Positions 38,988 through 39,113 of a stretch of DNA of 39,113 nucleotides are shown here, piece after piece (position 1 is the stretch's first letter; each line of letters starts with the position of its first letter). A model generated the notes under the pieces. The model was not told the DNA's origin, made no database searches, and was given only the letters and a program-made list of their open reading frames with translations. This DNA is from a virus. The translations under genes and the position numbers were made by a program. Location of the stretch: the IMG/VR virus record IMGVR_UViG_3300010046_000002, positions 1 to 39,113 of that record. One strand, 5' to 3'.

Positions 38988-39113
38988 CTACGATTGCCGC
39001 TTACTCGCAGACTTCCGGCCACCGCCCGCCCGTTGCTGCCGTCCCGGGCCGGGCAAGATCCGCCGCAGATCCGCCGCCTCGCTCGGCCCCCGCCCCGCAA
39101 ACGTCCGCTCCAG
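38988..39113 (-). CDS. int: Duplicate copy of the integrase 3' end, including the true TAG stop (same gene as c(1..1221))
   Basis: 38991-39113 repeats 1-123. The in-frame codon 38990-38988 is TAG. Confidence 0.85.
   Translation of the reverse strand: MERTFAGRGPSEAADLRRILPGPGRQQRAGGGRKSASKRQS
38991..39113. repeat. Terminal redundancy copy B (circular-assembly overlap)
   Basis: Identical to 1..123. Confidence 0.9.

Noticed and set aside
38900-38990. A complete tRNA gene next to int
   Set aside because: Only the anticodon arm, variable loop, T arm and 3' acceptor strand are present. The upstream bases (…CTGCCGGCTACTGACGGCCTGTA) cannot pair with CGGGCGC or form a D arm, so this is an att-site fragment.

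Overview
The window is one complete, circularly closed temperate phage genome from a very GC-rich diderm bacterium. I did not compute an exact GC percentage.

Circular closure and attP:
- Bases 1-123 are identical to 38991-39113, so the unique replicon is 38,990 bp.
- The tyrosine integrase ORF (minus strand, 1221->1) closes across that junction onto a TAG at 38990-38988.
- Just 3' of int lies the 3' ~47 nt of a tRNA-Arg(UCG), the likely attP core. It is bracketed by a perfect 22-bp direct repeat (candidate arm sites).

Layout:
- int and xis on the minus strand.
- A small regulatory patch: an RHH protein, a Cro/YdaS-like HTH protein and palindromic operators.
- Rightward early genes: HNH endonuclease, Rad52/Erf-like annealase, a Cys-rich mini-ORF, a PD-(D/E)XK exonuclease and small proteins.
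- A leftward block 9382->5852: two small ORFs, a CTAG-rich ~350-bp non-coding stretch, terS, a 138-aa ORF, only the ATPase half of terL, and three small ORFs.
- A rightward block from 9468: a stand-alone repeat-rich fibre-like gene, a signal-peptide beta-barrel OMP, a collagen-like protein, a GH19 endolysin, an acidic mini-protein, then only the nuclease half of terL.
- This block continues with a PAPS-reductase-like protein, portal, envelope-targeted small proteins, scaffold, an N4-gp56/HK97-type capsid and adaptor/nozzle-like proteins.
- It ends with two tail fibres (one with an S74 chaperone domain), a helical mini-protein plus two tandem GNAT acetyltransferases, and four ejection/internal proteins (one with an SLT domain).
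- A leftward early operon 38792->34940: replication-organiser-like, loader-like, mini C5-methyltransferase, RuvC-like resolvase, RHH, Zn-ribbon proteins and two tiny membrane proteins.
- No tail tube, sheath or tape-measure genes were recognised, so the gene set looks podovirus-like.

Most striking observations:
1. terL is split into two half-genes on opposite strands. A single inversion of 6557-14192 would rejoin them.
2. A ~41-bp conserved promoter-like element occurs four times, directly in front of start codons.
3. The cargo genes (OMP, collagen-like protein, extra fibre) sit outside the tail module.
4. A mini-protein + GNAT + GNAT cassette lies among the virion genes.
5. Two consecutive ejection proteins share an N-terminal HDSRRYHR...RAYG leader.

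Most long track ORFs that run antisense to these genes are GC-driven shadow ORFs. All functional calls rest on motif recognition by eye; no database search was possible.
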